Made by a program: the position numbers and the translations under genes. Below the pieces are notes generated by a model. The model ran no database searches. It was given only the letters and a program-made list of their open reading frames with translations, and was not told where the DNA came from. Of a stretch of DNA of 43,562 nucleotides, positions 42,880-43,562 are shown one piece after another; the first letter of the stretch is position 1, and each line of letters opens with the position of its first letter. Location: the NCBI GenBank assembly GCA_031396005.1, contig JANNJX010000001.1, positions 1 through 43,562 on the forward strand, written 5' to 3'. The DNA comes from Burkholderiales bacterium. Its GTDB lineage: Bacteria > Pseudomonadota > Gammaproteobacteria > Burkholderiales > Burkholderiaceae_C.

Positions 42880-43400
42880 TGGCCGGGAGCTCGCGGTGAC
42901 TGCTCACTGCAAGGACATGCCTGCCAAGCTCCCTCGGTAGACGGGCATGGTGCGCAGCTCCGAAGGGAACGTTGATCGTGCTCCGACGCCGCGGGACAGT
43001 GGCGCGGACAGGCTCGAACGATCGCTTCAGCGTTCGGCTATCGAACTGTTTTCCGAGGCAGTGCTGGCGAGATGTCCGCGCAGCCGACGCTCAAGCTCGA
43101 CAGCAGCGTGCGCGCCGTCGCTCAACACCGGCTGTTCGCGGTAGTGCGGAGCAAGCTCAGCGAGTTGCGGTCAGCACGAACGACCGCTGATGAGTGCGAA
43201 CGTCAGCCCCATCTCCGAGCGCGCCACGCGCAGGGCGCCGCAAAGGGTGCGGCGTTGGTACCTGATCGACCCTCAAGGAACGTTCGCGGGAACACTGGAA
43301 TCAATGCTGCGGCGCCCGGAAAACGGTTACGAAGGCGAGGTTGACCGCGCGTGGCTGACCGACCGCCTTTTTGCCGCAATTCGAACTCTCGATTGAGCGC
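42880..43400 (-). mobile_element. Relic R8: decayed IS91/ISCR-family transposase 3' portion including the tail hairpin
   Basis: Minus-strand frames give DVRTHQRSFVL and QLAELAPHYREQPV (compare FHGVLAPN..LR.QVV), then AAVELERRLRGH...SSIAER (compare VF.IDLE.C..CGG...IA.I). Bases 42905-43130 align with R6 40127-40330. The tail hairpin is at 42916-42949. Confidence 0.55.
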
Positions 43401-43426
43401 GTCATCCAGAGGGCGTTTGGTCTTCC

Positions 43427-43562
43427 ATGCCCCTCGCCGCGCTACTGGCGCCGATCGTCAAGACCGAGCGCATGCGCTATGGCATGCAGTGGCTGCTGCC
43501 GCAGGGGGCGATGCATTGGTCGCGCGTCGTCGCGGCGCGCGACCTGGTGCTGCCGGCGTTGC
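43427..43562 (+). CDS. Start of an unidentified gene (partial, runs off the window)
   Basis: ATG at 43427 opens a frame to the window end (MPLAALLAPIVKTERMRYGMQWLLPQGAMHWSRVVAARDLVLPAL) with GC-rich third positions. No motif was recognised. Confidence 0.3.
   Translation, partial: MPLAALLAPIVKTERMRYGMQWLLPQGAMHWSRVVAARDLVLPAL

Noticed and set aside
43190-43396. A possible family of small proteins beginning MSANV/MGANV (43190..43396, and similar reading frames at about 25417, 37966 and 41626)
   Set aside because: The similarity arises because these stretches are the antisense strand of the transposase-derived repeat (minus strand D-V-R-T-H-Q, compare IRFHG). Only one copy has an intact ORF, the frames differ downstream, and no RBS is conserved.
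17345-43400. Whether the recurring intergenic repeats are integron attC sites or a CRISPR-like array
   Set aside because: The repeats are 190-640 bp long, coding-derived and kilobases apart. No intI or cas genes are present, the cassette genes lie on both strands and carry their own regulators, and there are no short regular spacers. The transposase-relic explanation fits better.

Overview
This is a very GC-rich window, and gene content and synteny (pilZ-tatD-ankyrin) look Burkholderiales-like; that assignment is an inference. I recognised no rRNA, tRNA or CRISPR array. The window splits into two parts.

**Part A (1-17.3 kb)** is mostly ordinary chromosome:
- pilZ 3' end, a TatD-family hydrolase, a periplasmic ankyrin protein and a DUF72 protein.
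- A fossil junction of two truncated genes.
- A four-gene module: ECF sigma factor, 169-aa soluble partner, TPR-CHAT protease and S8 lipoprotein peptidase.
- A three-gene operon: P-loop DUF1611-like protein, ABC exporter with a degenerate ATPase site, and an alpha/beta hydrolase.
- A secreted beta-helix protein and an ExeM/NucH-type extracellular nuclease.

**Part B (17.3-43.4 kb)** is an accessory mosaic. Its functional blocks are:
- A 2-aminoethylphosphonate uptake and degradation cluster.
- An H-NS-like gene with a duplicated DNA-binding domain.
- LacI, PhyH dioxygenase and a TRAP transporter.
- A 1123-aa multi-copper fusion protein.
- AraC, a SnoaL-like protein and an ICMT-family methyltransferase.
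- A SAM methyltransferase and an HxlR regulator.
- An SDR, a GFA-family protein and a hypothetical protein.

At least eight decayed copies of one repeat separate these blocks, all in the same orientation. Read on the minus strand, the repeat is the 3' part of an IS91/ISCR-family rolling-circle transposase gene.

The observations most worth follow-up are:
- The relic array.
- The CRISPR-less sigma/partner/TPR-CHAT module, which resembles the type III-E Craspase output arm.
- The copper megaprotein.
- The ATPase-dead ABC operon.

All family assignments come from reading motifs by eye and from memory. None was confirmed by a database search.
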